A stretch of 63,915 bases of DNA, counting the filler, from Reclinomonas americana ATCC 50394 (Eukaryota): the NCBI GenBank assembly GCA_048213135.1. It is 5 parts of 4 records of this genome, joined end to end, with 100 filler letters (N's around TTAATTAATTAA, not from the genome) between each part and the next. Parts side by side here need not be neighbours in the genome. Positions count along the whole stretch, not along the records: positions 1 to 26,257 come from PS015351.1; positions 26,358 to 51,556 come from PS015353.1; 3 more parts are not named here. The stretch is one strand, 5' to 3'. Below are positions 25,461-37,352 of the stretch, piece after piece. Position 1 is the stretch's first letter; each line of letters opens with the position of its first letter. A program made the translations under genes and the position numbers. Below the pieces are notes generated by a model. It was not told where the DNA came from, did not search any database, and saw nothing but the letters and a program-made list of their open reading frames with translations.

Positions 25461-26257
25461 CTTGGGTGAGAAGCAGCTCTTGCCGCAGTTGGGGGACAAG
25501 CCGATCGCTTGCCTCCAGTCGCGCAGCGAGGTCGTCCTTGTCTTGCAGGGCAACAGACAACTGTTGGACGACAGTGGAAAGCTGAGAAGCGATTTGGTCT
25601 CGTTCAGCTTGCAGTTGTTGTGCGTGGTGATCCGAAATCGCCAGTTGTTGACGGGTGGTGGAGAGCTCAGTCTGGAGTTGACTCACGGTAGTGCGTTCAA
25701 CTTGCAGCTGTGACTCGGTAGCAGCCAGTTGTTGACGGGTGGTAGAAAGTTGAACGGTGACGGCATCGTGCTGCTGTCGAGCAGTCTGGAGTTGCGTGGC
25801 AATCTGGTCGCGTTCTGTTCGCAGCTGTGCGTCGAGCTCGGCAAGGCGTGCAGTTGATGACTGATCGGGGACTACGACTGCTGCTGAAGCGGACGGCGGC
25901 GTTGACGGCCCGGCGAGTGCGCGGACTGATTGCTGGCGGGGTGTCGCCGCGGTGTCGGTGCTAAGTCCGGAACTGAAAACTGCAGAGACAACGGGTGTGA
26001 GAAACCAAATCAAAATTGGAACGTAAGTGGACGTACCTACCTCGAACAGTGTAGTCGAAACTCCCACTTATTATGTGCTGACCATCGGGCGAGACGGCCA
26101 CAGACCACACTTCATTGGTGTGCCCCTGTAACCGTCGCACTTTCTTGCCCGTCGCCAGTGACCACACTCGCACTGCGTTGCCGCCGCTGACAATGTGCTG
26201 GCCGTCGGGAGTGACAGCGACACCAGACACTCTGTGGTTACCTTCAAATCGTCGCAC
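25461..26257 (-). CDS. WD40-repeat plus coiled-coil protein, partial
   Basis: VAVTPDGQHIVSGG..VRVWSLATGKKVRRLQGHTNEVWSVAVSPDGQHIISGSFDYTVR spliced to a Gln-rich coiled coil (ERDQIA x2, LSTTRQQLA x2). Flanked by gaps. Confidence 0.75.
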
Positions 26258-26301
26258 NNNNNNNNNNNNNNNNNNNNNNNNNNNNNNNNNNNNNNNNNNN
26301 N

Positions 26302-26313
26302 TTAATTAATTAA
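26302..26313. other. Artificial six-frame-stop linker (assembly spacer)
   Basis: TTAATTAATTAA flanked by N runs. Confidence 0.95.
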
Positions 26314-26357
26314 NNNNNNNNNNNNNNNNNNNNNNNNNNNNNNNNNNNNNNNNNNNN

Positions 26358-27080
26358 CTGAAGGCGCATGCGCACACTAACTGGGTGTGCTCTATCGCCA
26401 TCACCCCCGATGGTCACCACATTGTTAGCGGCGGTGGAGACAACACCGTTCGAGTGTGGTTGCTGGCGAGCGGCGAGGAAGTGCGACGGTTAGAGGGACA
26501 CACTGGATGGGTGCAGTCTGTTGCTGTTACTCCCGATGGTCGACACATTGTTAGCGGGGGCTGGGACAACACCGTGCGAGTGTGGTCACTGGCAAGTGGA
26601 GAAGAGATTCGCCGACTGGAGGGACACACTGACTGGGTGTCGTCTGTCACCGTCACCTCCGATGGCCAGCATGTCGTGAGTGGGAGCGGAGACGGCACAA
26701 TTTGGGTGTGGTCTCTGGCAAGTGGCGAGGAGGTGCGACGGTTGGATGAACACACTGGATGGGTGTCGTCTGTGGCCGTCTCTCCCAATGGTCAGCACAT
26801 TGTGAGTGCGGGTGGCGAAGACAAGACCNNNNNNNNNNNNNNNNNNNNNNNNNNNNNNNNNNNNNNNNNNNNNNNNNNNNNNNNNNNNNNNNNNNNNNNN
26901 NNNNNNNNNNNNNNNNNNNNNNNNNNNNNNNNNNNNNNNNNNNNNNNNNNCGCTGCGCGGTCGGCCACGCGGGCCGTGCAGGAGATGCAGGAGGACAAGG
27001 AAAATTCGCGATGCCTTCCCGAGCTGGTTCTGCGCTGTTTCATCGTTGAGGATGCCGAGGTCGTCCTTTTTCGGTGCTGA
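26358..27080 (+). CDS. WD40 family paralog A (partial) with shared C-terminal motif
   Basis: Four 42-aa units of the type GHTGWVxSVAVTPDGxHIVSG..D.TVRVWSLASGEEVRRLE, then ARSATRAVQEMQ..SRCLPELVLRCFIVEDAEVVLFRC*. Confidence 0.8.
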   Translation: MKAHAHTNWVCSIAITPDGHHIVSGGGDNTVRVWLLASGEEVRRLEGHTGWVQSVAVTPDGRHIVSGGWDNTVRVWSLASGEEIRRLEGHTDWVSSVTVTSDGQHVVSGSGDGTIWVWSLASGEEVRRLDEHTGWVSSVAVSPNGQHIVSAGGEDKTXXXXXXXXXXXXXXXXXXXXXXXXXXXXXXXXXXXXXXXXXAARSATRAVQEMQEDKENSRCLPELVLRCFIVEDAEVVLFRC

Positions 27081-29092
27081 GAAGGTGAGTCGAAGGGAGG
27101 GAGAGCGGTGGCTGCTGGTGATTGTGTGTTGTTTTCGTGTCGTACGAGAGAGAGTGGGTGATCATGCGGGATGCAGGTGGGGGAAGAGAGGACGACAGGG
27201 GAAAGAGATGTCGTTGTTGATGGTGCATAATTGTTCTCTGTGATTGTTGCCCTTTCATGTGAATGTGATTGTGCGGGCGTGAAGCATGTCTCCCTCTGTG
27301 TGCGTGTCTCTTTCTCACCTCAGTTTGTGTGTGCAAGTGCGATGAATCACTTGGTAGTCTGTTGTGTCTATTTTGTGTTTGTTGTGCGTGCATCTTCAGT
27401 CGTGCATATATGTGCCTCAGGAGAGCGGGTCACCGATGTTTGTTTTCTCGCGTCTTGTTTTGCTCCACCACTCTGAGTCCGATCGTGCACGCACGCCGCG
27501 GACATTATCATTCCAGTTCTGAAGAATGCATGTCATTCCGTTCCCCCTTTCTCTGTCCCGTGCCAAACCTCTCTCTTTCTCCGCCGTCTCCCTCCTTTGT
27601 GCGCTTATCTGCTTCGCCAGTCATCCACCCCTCCTTGCCGTACACGCTCGAGGCCGAACATGCTGGTCCGCTCACCGTGTTACGATTTCCATCCTGCCAG
27701 TCCATCATGGTGAGCTTCCCGATGCCGAAGTGTGTGAGATTGCCTGACTGCATGCTGATTCTTCTCTCCCTCTCCCTTGCAGGATGGTTGTGTGAGCGTC
27801 CCTTGGCTTGCTTCTTGACAAACGCGTGTTGGTATCAAGTGCTGAGCGGTGTGTTGTCAGTGAGACAGAGCAGATATCTCTCTCCACGTCCTCCATTCTT
27901 TGTTCACAGCGCACCGGCATGCAGAGACCATGGAAAGCATGTCGTGGCGATGGCAGGCGTGATGTGCATTGCCCGTTGTCGACCGTCACCTCACTCACTC
28001 AGCTCCCCACTTGCATCCCACCATGCACTCAGCAGTTGTGTGGCCCTGTTCTTCGTGATCTCTCTTTCCTTCTTCCCTCCACTCACCTCAATTATGCAGG
28101 CCGTGCATGTCATGGAGAGCGTGGATTAGTGGGTGTACACATGTGTGTCGTGATGTGCGATGGATGGCCTGGTCGGTGCATCGTTTTTAATCCCGGCTGG
28201 CAAGTCGGAGCGGATCGATGATGTACGCTTCTTGGTTGCTGCTGTCACCGCCAAGTAATGATGGTGGTGGCCACGGGAGACTGCAGACACATGCTCGGCC
28301 TTCAACCTACGGTGCGTGAGTGTTCTGCATCTGCGTTGAGGAGCAAGTTGATGAGACTCGGAGATCGACTGACTCAATTCTGTGTGTGCCATGAACAGAG
28401 GCGTGCTGGCAAGTGGTTGGCCACTGGCATGACGTCGACGGCACGTGGTTCCGTGCCTCACAGTATCTGCATGAGACGATTCACTGACTGACTGTGAGTG
28501 TGATTGAAGTCACGAGGCATTGATTGTGACTGGGTGAAGGGGAGGCGAGTCTCACGACACGGCTGCCTCTTCCACCGCTGTGCTGCTGTGCTGGTCGCTG
28601 CTCTAGATCTCCTGTCTCATGTGGCTCTTTTTCTTCATTGTCTCACCTCAACTTCGCTGTGGGCCGATCCGAGGAGGCGTGAGGTTTCGATGACCCGCTG
28701 CTCATTGGATTCTCGAGTGTGCCGTGGCATCAGCACAGCTGGACCACAACTGCGTATCCAAGCAGACCGACATGCCAGTCCTCGTTGAGAGATAATGCAG
28801 GTCAGTCGAAAGGCAATGTTGCTGAACAGCAGCACGGTGCAGTGGAGCGCCACCTCGAGCCACCACCACCTTGCATGTCCGTTCTGTCGATTTCTCATCG
28901 ACGAGTCCCATGTCGGTCTTCGAAAGCCCGCACGCATCATGGGAGTCACATCGTTCACACACTACGCATGCTGTGTGGGGTACTGGCTGCAGCCTGGCGA
29001 GGGATGGACGACGTCTCAGACCAAGGCGGAAGAAGAAAGGCGGGAAACGGCGACAATCCCGAGCGAGCAAATCACACACACACACACGGGGA

Positions 29093-30288
29093 ATGGCAAC
29101 AAAGGTGTGAATGTGTGCGCACTTTTGCGTGGTTGGTGTCTGTGTGTGCATTCGTGTGCTTGTGTGTGTGTGCGGCTGCTGTTCTCTCTCTCTCTCTCTC
29201 TCTCTGTGTGCGCGCCTCACTGCGAGAGATCGGCACAGAGCATTCAGAGTCTCGCAGTAGTGGGATCCGTCACCATTACTCCCGACAGCAAGCACATTGT
29301 TGGTGGGTGTGACGACGGCACTATCCGGGTGTGGTCTCTGGCGAGTGGGGAAGAAGAGCGACAACTGAAGAGCCTCGCTGATGTGGTGTTCTCTGTCGCC
29401 ATCACTCCCAACGGTGAGCAAGTTGTGAGTGGCAGCTCCGACAACACAGTGTGTGTGTGGTCTCTGGCGAGTGGCAAGCTGGTGCGACGACTGGTGGGAC
29501 ACACCAATGCGGTGATGTCTGTCGCCATCACCCCCGATGGTCAGCACATTGTCAGCGGCAGTGCCGACAACACATTACGGGTGTGTCCACTTGTAAGTGG
29601 GGAAGAGGTGCAGCGACTGATGGGACACACTGGATGGGTATTCTCTGTCGCTGTCACTCCGGATAATCTGCACATTGTTAGTGGGAGCGAGGACAACACC
29701 GTGCGAGTGTGGTCCTTGAATAGCGGTGAGGTGGTGCGACGGTTGGAAGGAAACGCTGGATGGGTGTACTCTGTGGCCGTCGCTCCCGACGGTCAGGACG
29801 TGGTGAGTTGCAGCCACAACACTTTGCGGGTGTGGTCACTGACGACTGGAGAAGAGGTGCGGCGGTTGGAGGGACACTCTGGATGGGTACAGTCTCTGGT
29901 TGTCACTCCCGACGGTCAGCATGTCGTGAGTGGGAGCGGAGACAGCACCGTGCGGGTGTGGTCTCTGGCGAGTGGCGAGGAAGTGCGACGATTGGAGGGA
30001 CATGAAGGATGGGTTTCGTCCGTGGCCGTCTCTCCCGATGGTCAGCACATTGTGAGTGCCGGTGGCGACGACGAGACCATTCGAGTGTGGTCCACGCCAC
30101 GTGGCCTTGCCTGCCTCGAACTCGATGCCGCGCGCTCGGCCACGCGGGCTGTGCAGGAGATGCAGGAGGGGGAAGAAGGAGTTTATTCGCGCTGTTTGCC
30201 AGAGCTGGTTCTGCGCTGTTTCATCGTCGAGGATGCCGAGGTCGTCCTTTTCCGGCGCCTTGTCGATCCCAGCGCTAGCCGTTTGTAA
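29093..30288 (+). CDS. WD40 family paralog B (7 repeats plus C-terminal motif)
   Basis: Probable MATK micro-exon, one intron, then seven WD units and ELDAARSATRAVQEMQ...LPELVLRCFIVEDAEVVLFRR. Confidence 0.85.
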
Positions 30289-30683
30289 GAAAAACGGCAC
30301 CTGCGATGTACGTGCACGTGTATCCCCCACCTGCTTTGTCGGTATTTCCTGTGTGTATCGAATGTAAGCCAACACAGCTGAAACGCAGCCGTAATCCCCC
30401 AGTCAGGTGTGGTATCATCACGAACAAGAACTCAGAACGCAACCACATTTATAATATGACGCTGTGACCAATGTCCACAATCCCTTGCCCACAGTGACCT
30501 TGGCACACCAACAGCTTTGTAGATCAGAACACCATCTCCAGTGGAGGCTGAGTTGGGCACAAGTGTAACGCCGCTGCGCCCGCGCATGCGCAACGTGATC
30601 GTCAGCCGCAGAGAGGCAGGAAACACGTGTCCTGCGTTGTCACTCTCTCAGTCCTGTCACACAACAAGCCACAAGAGAGCGCC

Positions 30684-31878
30684 ATGACGACGAAGGTGCG
30701 TGTGTCGACATCCGCGTACGTCTCTCCTGCTTCCCTCCTTGCTCTCTCTCTCTCTCTCTCTCTCTTCCTTGTCTGTCTTCTCCCTCCTCTTGCCTCACCG
30801 TGAGCAATCCGTCGACTCAGGTCTTGGAGGGCCACACTGCTATGGTGTGGTCTGTCGCCGTCACTCCGGACAGCAAGCACGCTGTGAGTGGAAGCTGGGA
30901 TCAGACCATTCGTGTGTGGTCGCTGGAGAGTGGGGAGGAGATGCGACGGTTTGAGGGACACGCAGGCTGGGTGCTCTGTGTCGCCGTCACTCCCGACGGC
31001 CTGCACGTTGTGAGTGGAAGCAATGATAGAACAATCCGTGTGTGGTCACTGGCGACAGGAGAAGAAGTGCAGCGGCTGGAGGGACACACCTCGGCAGTTC
31101 CGCAGTCGTGGTCACTCCCGATGGGCAGCACATTGTGAGTGGCAGTGGGGACTGCACAGTGCGGGTGTGGTCTCTGGCGAGTGGCGAAGAGGTGCAACGG
31201 TTCGAGAAGCTCACGAACGGGTTGCACTCTGTCACCGCCACTCCCGATGGTCAGCTCATGGTGTGCGGGAGTGTGGACGAGACAGTGTTGCTATGGTCAC
31301 TGGCAAGTGGAGAAGAGGTGCGACGACTGAACGGGCGTGCTGGGGCGGTACATTCTGTCGCCGTCACTCCCGACAGTCAGCGCATTGTGATTGGGGATGA
31401 TTGTGGTACAGTTTGGGTGTTCTCTTTTGCGAGCGGCGAGGAAGTGCGACGGCTGGAGGGGCACTCGGGCGGAGTGTGGTCAGTCGCCGTCTCTCGCGAC
31501 GGCCAGCACGTCGTGAGTGGGGGTCAGGACTGCACCATGCGGGTGTGGTCCGTGGCGAGCGGCAAGGAGGTGCATCGGTTAGAAGGACACGCTCACTGGG
31601 TGCCGTCTGTCGTCGTAACTCCCGATGGACAGCACATTGTGAGTGCGGGTGGCAATGACACGACGGTGCGAGTGTGGTCCACGCCCCTCCGATTCGTCCG
31701 CGTCGAGCTCGACTGTGCGCGCTCGGCCATGCGGGCTGTGCAGGAGATGTTGCAGGTCGGCGCCGAGGGGGAACGAGATTCACGTTGCCTTCCCGAGCTC
31801 GTGCTGCGCTGCTTCATTGTCGAGGACGCCGAGGTCGTGGTGCATCGAAGGGCCGTTGACGCCAATGTGTTCTGGTGA
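30684..31878 (+). pseudogene. WD40 family paralog C (7 repeats), frameshifted near 31097
   Basis: MTTK micro-exon plus intron. The frame changes by a 1-nt deletion in gcagttccgcagtc (ORFs 30800-31138 and 31042-31878). Could be a sequencing error. Confidence 0.65.
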
Positions 31879-32570
31879 GAGCACGACGCTTAGTAGCTGT
31901 CGACATGTCTTACTTGTTCTGCGTGCACTGAATGTAAGCCCCAGCGGATTGACATTGCAGAGGAGGGCACAGCTGCATTGGAGAGACCCCTCTTTTTGTG
32001 TGGATGAAAGGCGAGAGAGGTCGAGATAATCATCGAACGCATGACAGTGCCGTCTGTTTTGTCTGGCATGAGGCAGGCATTTCTGTTCAGAGCCGACTTC
32101 ATGCACGGCCATCCAAATAGCAAAAGAGAACACACATGCTCACCCGCGCGGGCAGGGGCGGGGCGATGATGCTTGATATTCAACATCAACCGCATGGCCG
32201 TACGTATGAACAGGCGCAACAGCAACAAAGGCGTGTGCACGCGTGTATCTCACTTGCTTCTCTCTTACCTCCATCTCATCCCTCTTGCCTCCCTCTTGCA
32301 TCCTTCTTGCTTCCCTCTCTTCCTTCTTGTCCTCCTCTCTACCTTCTACCCTCCCTCTCTTCCTATTTGCCTCTCTCCATTCTACCCTCCCTCTCTTCTT
32401 TCTTGCCTCCCTCTCTTCCCTCTTGCCTCTCTCTCTTCCCCCTTCCCTCTCTTCCTTCCTACCGCCCTCTCTTTTGTCTTCCTCTCTCCATTTTTGCATC
32501 CTTCTCTTCCTTCTGCCCTCCTTTTCTTCCTTCTTTCCCCCCTCCCTTCCTTTCACGCTTCTCGAGAATT

Positions 32571-35500
32571 TCAGGATTCATTGCTCACCGATTCCTCCGT
32601 CGATGACACCCGCTCCGACAGCTCGACGTCGGTGGGTGACGGAGTTTTAGCAGCAGGTGGTGTCGCCTTAGCAGCAGCCACCGTGGTCACCACACAGCCA
32701 GCGAGAACCTGCCCAATCAACGCGTCCGTCAGAATTTTAAACGAAAGACANNNNNNNNNNNNNNNNNNNNNNNNNNNNNNNNNNNNNNNNNNNNNNNNNN
32801 NNNNNNNNNNNNNNNNNNNNNNNNNNNNNNNNNNNNNNNNNNNNNNNNNNNNNNNNNNNNNNNNNNNNNNNNNNNNNNNNNNNNNNNNNNNNNNNNNNNN
32901 NNNNNNNNNNNNNNNNNNNNNNNNNNNNNNNNNNNNNNNNNNNNNNNNNNNNNNNNNNNNNNNNNNNNNNNNNNNNNNNNNNNNNNNNNNNNNNNNNNNN
33001 NNNNNNNNNNNNNNNNNNNNNNNNNNNNNNNNNNNNNNNNNNNNNNNNNNNNNNNNNNNNNNNNNNNNNNNNNNNNNNNNNNNNNNNNNNNNNNNNNNNN
33101 NNNNNNNNNNNNNNNNNNNNNTATCTACCGCTTGCAGATTGCCCTTGTCGTGGTTGCTCGAGGCCGGTGCCGATCCACCGCAGGGGGTCTGATGTGTGCG
33201 CCAAGCGCCGGGTCAGTTTGACGCACTCATCATCGTCGATTCCTTCCTTTACAGCTGTTCTCGTGGCTGGTGGAGCCCGGCGCACTCGCTCTTGTGGCGT
33301 ACCTTGCAATCGGTCCAGGGCTGCTGGGGTGAGTCGAAAAAACCACACTCTATCGTGCGTACTTGCAATCGCATCTCATCGGTGGTGTGTTACTTTTTTG
33401 GCAGGCACACGTCGATTGCGTTTGTGTTGCGCTATTTGAGCACGGTTCTTGGTGCGTCCGCTCCACACTGCCTTCGTCACATGCGCATCGATCTCATTCG
33501 CTGGCTACCTCGACAGTCTCTGTGTGCTTTCTGCTGGAGCCCATTATTGGATCGCTCATCGGATACGCTCTCGGACAAGTTGCAGGTACGTGGCAAAGCA
33601 GCGGAGAGTTGCCGCAATGCTGCTACGTTGTACTCAGCAGCCTGTATGCAGCGCCTGGTTGGATGACCTGGGCCGGATTTCCGCTGGTGAGCGACGAGCG
33701 GTGANNNNNNNNNNNNNNNNNNNNNNNNNNNNNNNNNNNNNNNNNNNNNNNNNNNNNNNNNNNNNNNNNNNNNNNNNNNNNNNNNNNNNNNNNNNNNNNN
33801 NNNNNNNNNNNNNNNNNNNNNNNNNNNNNNNNNNNNNNNNNNNNNNNNNNNNNNNNNNNNNNNNNNNNNNNNNNNNNNNNNNNNNNNNNNNNNNNNNNNN
33901 NNNNNNNNNNNNNNNNNNNNNNNNNNNNNNNNNNNNNNNNNNNNNNNNNNNNNNNNNNNNNNNNNNNNNNNNNNNNNNNNNNNNNNNNNNNNNNNNNNNN
34001 NNNNNNNNNNNNNNTCGCGAGTCAGACCAAGCAAAAACAACATTCTCCAGCGGTCAACTCCTTTTTCGACTCCCTCTTTCTTTTCCATGCGATTCGGCAC
34101 CTCTTGTCCTCCGCACTTTCTCTTTCTCTCTTTCCTTTCCCCTGTCTCTGCCACAGAATTCCTGCCTCCAACCTACAACCTCTCCGATCCCCTCCCCTCC
34201 CCCTGTGCTCAATCTCCTGACGCATTTTCCAACTTTCGGTCTCGCTGTTCCCATCTTCTTCCCATTTCCTCCCGCCGCCTTTCTCCAACCTGTGCCCCCA
34301 TCTCTCCCTCTCTTCGCCCACTTCTTCTCCCAACACCTGTCTCCAACCTACGACTTCTTCGCTCCCTCCTCCTGCCCATTCTCCTGACGCATTTTTCCAA
34401 CTTACGGTCCCGCCTGCCCATCTTCCTCTTCTCTTTTTTGCCCTTCCCCCCTCCCACCGTTCCCACTCTTCTCCATCCCCTCTCTCCCTTCCCTTCCACC
34501 CCCGCCTACTCACAGGAACACCGCGGACGACAGCACCACCGGGAAGGAGAAAATATACACCGGCGTAAATGCCCTCAGCGACCGACCAAGCTCAAGATAC
34601 ACTGCGCCGCGTACGCATGAGCATACCACATACTTCCGTGCCTTCCGAACGACACGCACCGAGAAACGCCAAGGCGCCAACGACAGCAACCTGTCCACCG
34701 ACTAGTGAGCTGCTGTCTCATCGCAACGAAACACACGCAAACTCACCAGATCGCCGACCGCAGAGACCTGCACGCAGCGCGGCTCGTGTGAGACAAGGAA
34801 GAACACTAGCAATCGCAGAATGCACACACGCAACTTGATCGCCAGCGTCACCAGAGCCCGAGGGAGAAAAAAACGGCTCCGCAACGAGCACAGCAATACC
34901 ACCAAAACCTGGTTTGCGTGATGAGTAAACGCCGGAAGCGACTCTCTTCTGCTGTCTCGCTCCCTCACCGACGAGCGCTCCAATCACCTCGCCCTTGGAC
35001 ACCGGCTGACACTTGACAAAGGACCACACCACGGCGAACAGCGGCGTCGTGCTGACCTGCTGCAGGTGAGCGAGCGACTTCACGGAGACACAGACAACTA
35101 CATTTCTCATGCCTCTCATATCGCTCTCTCACAAGGTTCTGTTCTGACCTCTCTCTGTCGCATGCATACCTCATTTCTCACCATTCTATTGACCTCAATA
35201 TTCCTCTTCTCTTTATCCGTCCAATCCTTTCCCACTCTCCACGCAAAACTCCCTCCCGTGCTCTGCTTTTCTTCCCTCCTTCCTTTCACCATTCAATAGT
35301 CCCCATTGACTCGTTTCTTCTCTACTCCCTCGTCATCGCCCGTCTCTTTGCTCTCTCACCATTCGTTCCTCCATCTGTCTCATTCTCTCCCAGTCTCCGC
35401 TCCCTTCTCTTGCTCCGTTGTCCTTCATGCCTCGCTGCCCTCCATTCTTCTCGCATCGTTGTTTTTGTCATTCTCCCTTAGTCCTCACTGTCACTTCCCC

Positions 35501-36752
35501 TTTTCCCCCACTCTCCTCACAAAGCTCCCTCCCTTGCTCTGCTCCCATCTCAATCACTCCTCATCATTCGATTGCCTCCGTGTTACCACTCTTCCTCCAC
35601 GCTCCTTGTTCCTCGAGCATCTCCTTCCTGCCACGTTGCCCTCCATTCTTCTCGCATCGCTGCTTTTGTCATTCTCCCCTTCCGACATCACCATGCCCTC
35701 GCTTACCTCCTTGCTCCCTCTTCCTCGTCCATCTCTCTCCTCGCCACCACTGCTCTACACAATGCTCGTTTCCCTCCCTCCTCATTCCTCGCCATTCTTG
35801 CCCTTGTCACTCTCTTGCCGTCCCTCTCCCTTCCCACTGCTCTTACCATTCCCTCCATCACCATGCTTCTCCTCTTGCTCTGCTCTCCTCGCCGTTGTTC
35901 TTGTATCGTTGCACTTCTCTCATTCTCCCTCCGTTCTCGCCATTCTCTCATACCTCCTCTTGCTTCCTTGCTCCCTTATCTCTCTCCTCCTTTCCCACTC
36001 TCCTGACCGTGCTCCCTCACCATGCTCGCTTCCCTCCCTCCTCATTCCTCACCACTCTTCTTGTATCGTTGCCCTCGTCACTCTCCATCTCTTATCTCCT
36101 TTCCCACTCTCTTCCTTCATTTCTCTGCCCCTTTTCCCACTGCTCCCTTCTCTTGCTCTGCTCTCCTTGTTGCCCTTTTCCCCTCCCTTCCCCCTTCTCA
36201 CCCCTTCCCCCACGCAACAAACAACAACGAATGCGCCATACTCGTCAAATCCAAACTCCAAATCCACGTCGCAAAATGCACACCCAGCGCCACTCCACAC
36301 GTCACCATCACACACACATTCCGCACCGTCCACACCGCCACCACATCACCAACAGCTCTCTCCGCGCTCCTCTCACTGTCAGAGGTCGAGCGCAGACCAT
36401 CGTCACGCGCAATCAACTCCTCCCCGTCATCATCATCATCATCATCATTGTTTGCAGCAGAATCACCAACAGTGTCACTCCTCCTCCTCCTCCTCGTTGT
36501 AGCTGTTACTGTTGTTGTTGGTGTTGTTGCAGGTCGTGAGCGTGCACGATGAATCGCCTGCCACACAAACAAAGGCAACAGCAGCATGGCGTGCGCCGAC
36601 TGACGCCACCCCGCACGCAGCACTGGAGAGTGCGGGAGATAGTCATCGGCCAGCACGCGCAGTGCGGCGGCAGCGGAGCTCACGGCAACAATGGCCACAG
36701 CCAGAGTGAGCCACACAAAGGTCGTCAGGAGGCATGGCTTCGAGGCATCCAT
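32571..36752 (-). CDS. EamA/DMT superfamily transporter
   Basis: LAVAIVAVSSAA..P.LRAGWRQ...GVALGVHFATWIWSLDLTSMAHSLLF-VSTTPLF...VSAVGDL-VAVVGALAFL-VYLELGRSLR..., plus the exons at 33138-33686 and a last exon VLAGCVVTT...VSNES*. Confidence 0.85.
33138..33686 (+). CDS. Five internal exons of the EamA gene on a reversed contig
   Basis: LPLSWLLEAG..QG-LFSWLV...YLAIGPGLLG-HTSIAFVLRYLSTVL-VSVCFLLEPIIGSLIGYALG..-PGWMTWAGFPL. Entry phase 2 and exit phase 0 match the flanking minus-strand exons. Confidence 0.85.
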
Positions 36753-36865
36753 GCCACGATCAAATATATTTGATGGAATATGAATGAAATGGGCACGGAA
36801 AAGGCATGAAAAGGGAAAACTGGCACACTTTGATTCAAGAATATCATTCACCAACACAACAACTA

Positions 36866-36966
36866 TCTTGATGACCAAGTCCAACCGTACTCAAAACATC
36901 AACACAGACACCAATCTTGAGGCAGCAGCAGCGTGCCCCGAACAAGTCGAAAACTGCGATCTTCAT
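36866..36966 (+). repeat. Dispersed copy of the 1583-1716 element arm
   Basis: tcttgatgaccaagt.caaccgta..caaaacatcaacaca.acaccaatcttgaggcagcagcag...ccgaacaagtcga.aactgcgatcttca is shared between the two sites. Confidence 0.85.
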
Positions 36967-37352
36967 GATCAAGCAGATTTGACGCACTTGCATAGACGCA
37001 TGGCGTTTTCTGCGATCGTACACGGCACCTCGAATTCGGGAAAAGGAGAGGGCCAGGCAAACGAAGCAAGACGGGTCTGGATTCGTGGAGCATCCAAGGC
37101 GGTGGTGATGTGAAAGCAAGAGACCTTGTCGTGTTGTTGTTGGTGAGGTTCACGTGGTACGCGCAGTTGCTGTTGTCATTGTTGTCGTAGCAGTGATAAC
37201 AAAACAATCTGCTCCTCTACCCTCCCACCCCCGATCCGGTCAGGATGAAAGGGGCATGAATTGATCATGAAAAGCAGCAGCACCTTATTTCAAGCTTAAT
37301 AACAGTCCAACGCCCGCCCCTTCCCCCTTCGCCCCCTTTCCCCTTTCCCCCC

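Noticed and set aside
27100..29050. ORFs between WD40 paralogs
   Set aside because: No recognisable motifs or consistent spliced frame.
35306..36200. Long Leu/Ser/Pro-rich ORFs (also 13959-14500, 32173-32570, 55095-55706)
   Set aside because: Products of pyrimidine-rich low-complexity intronic or intergenic DNA that lacks stop codons.
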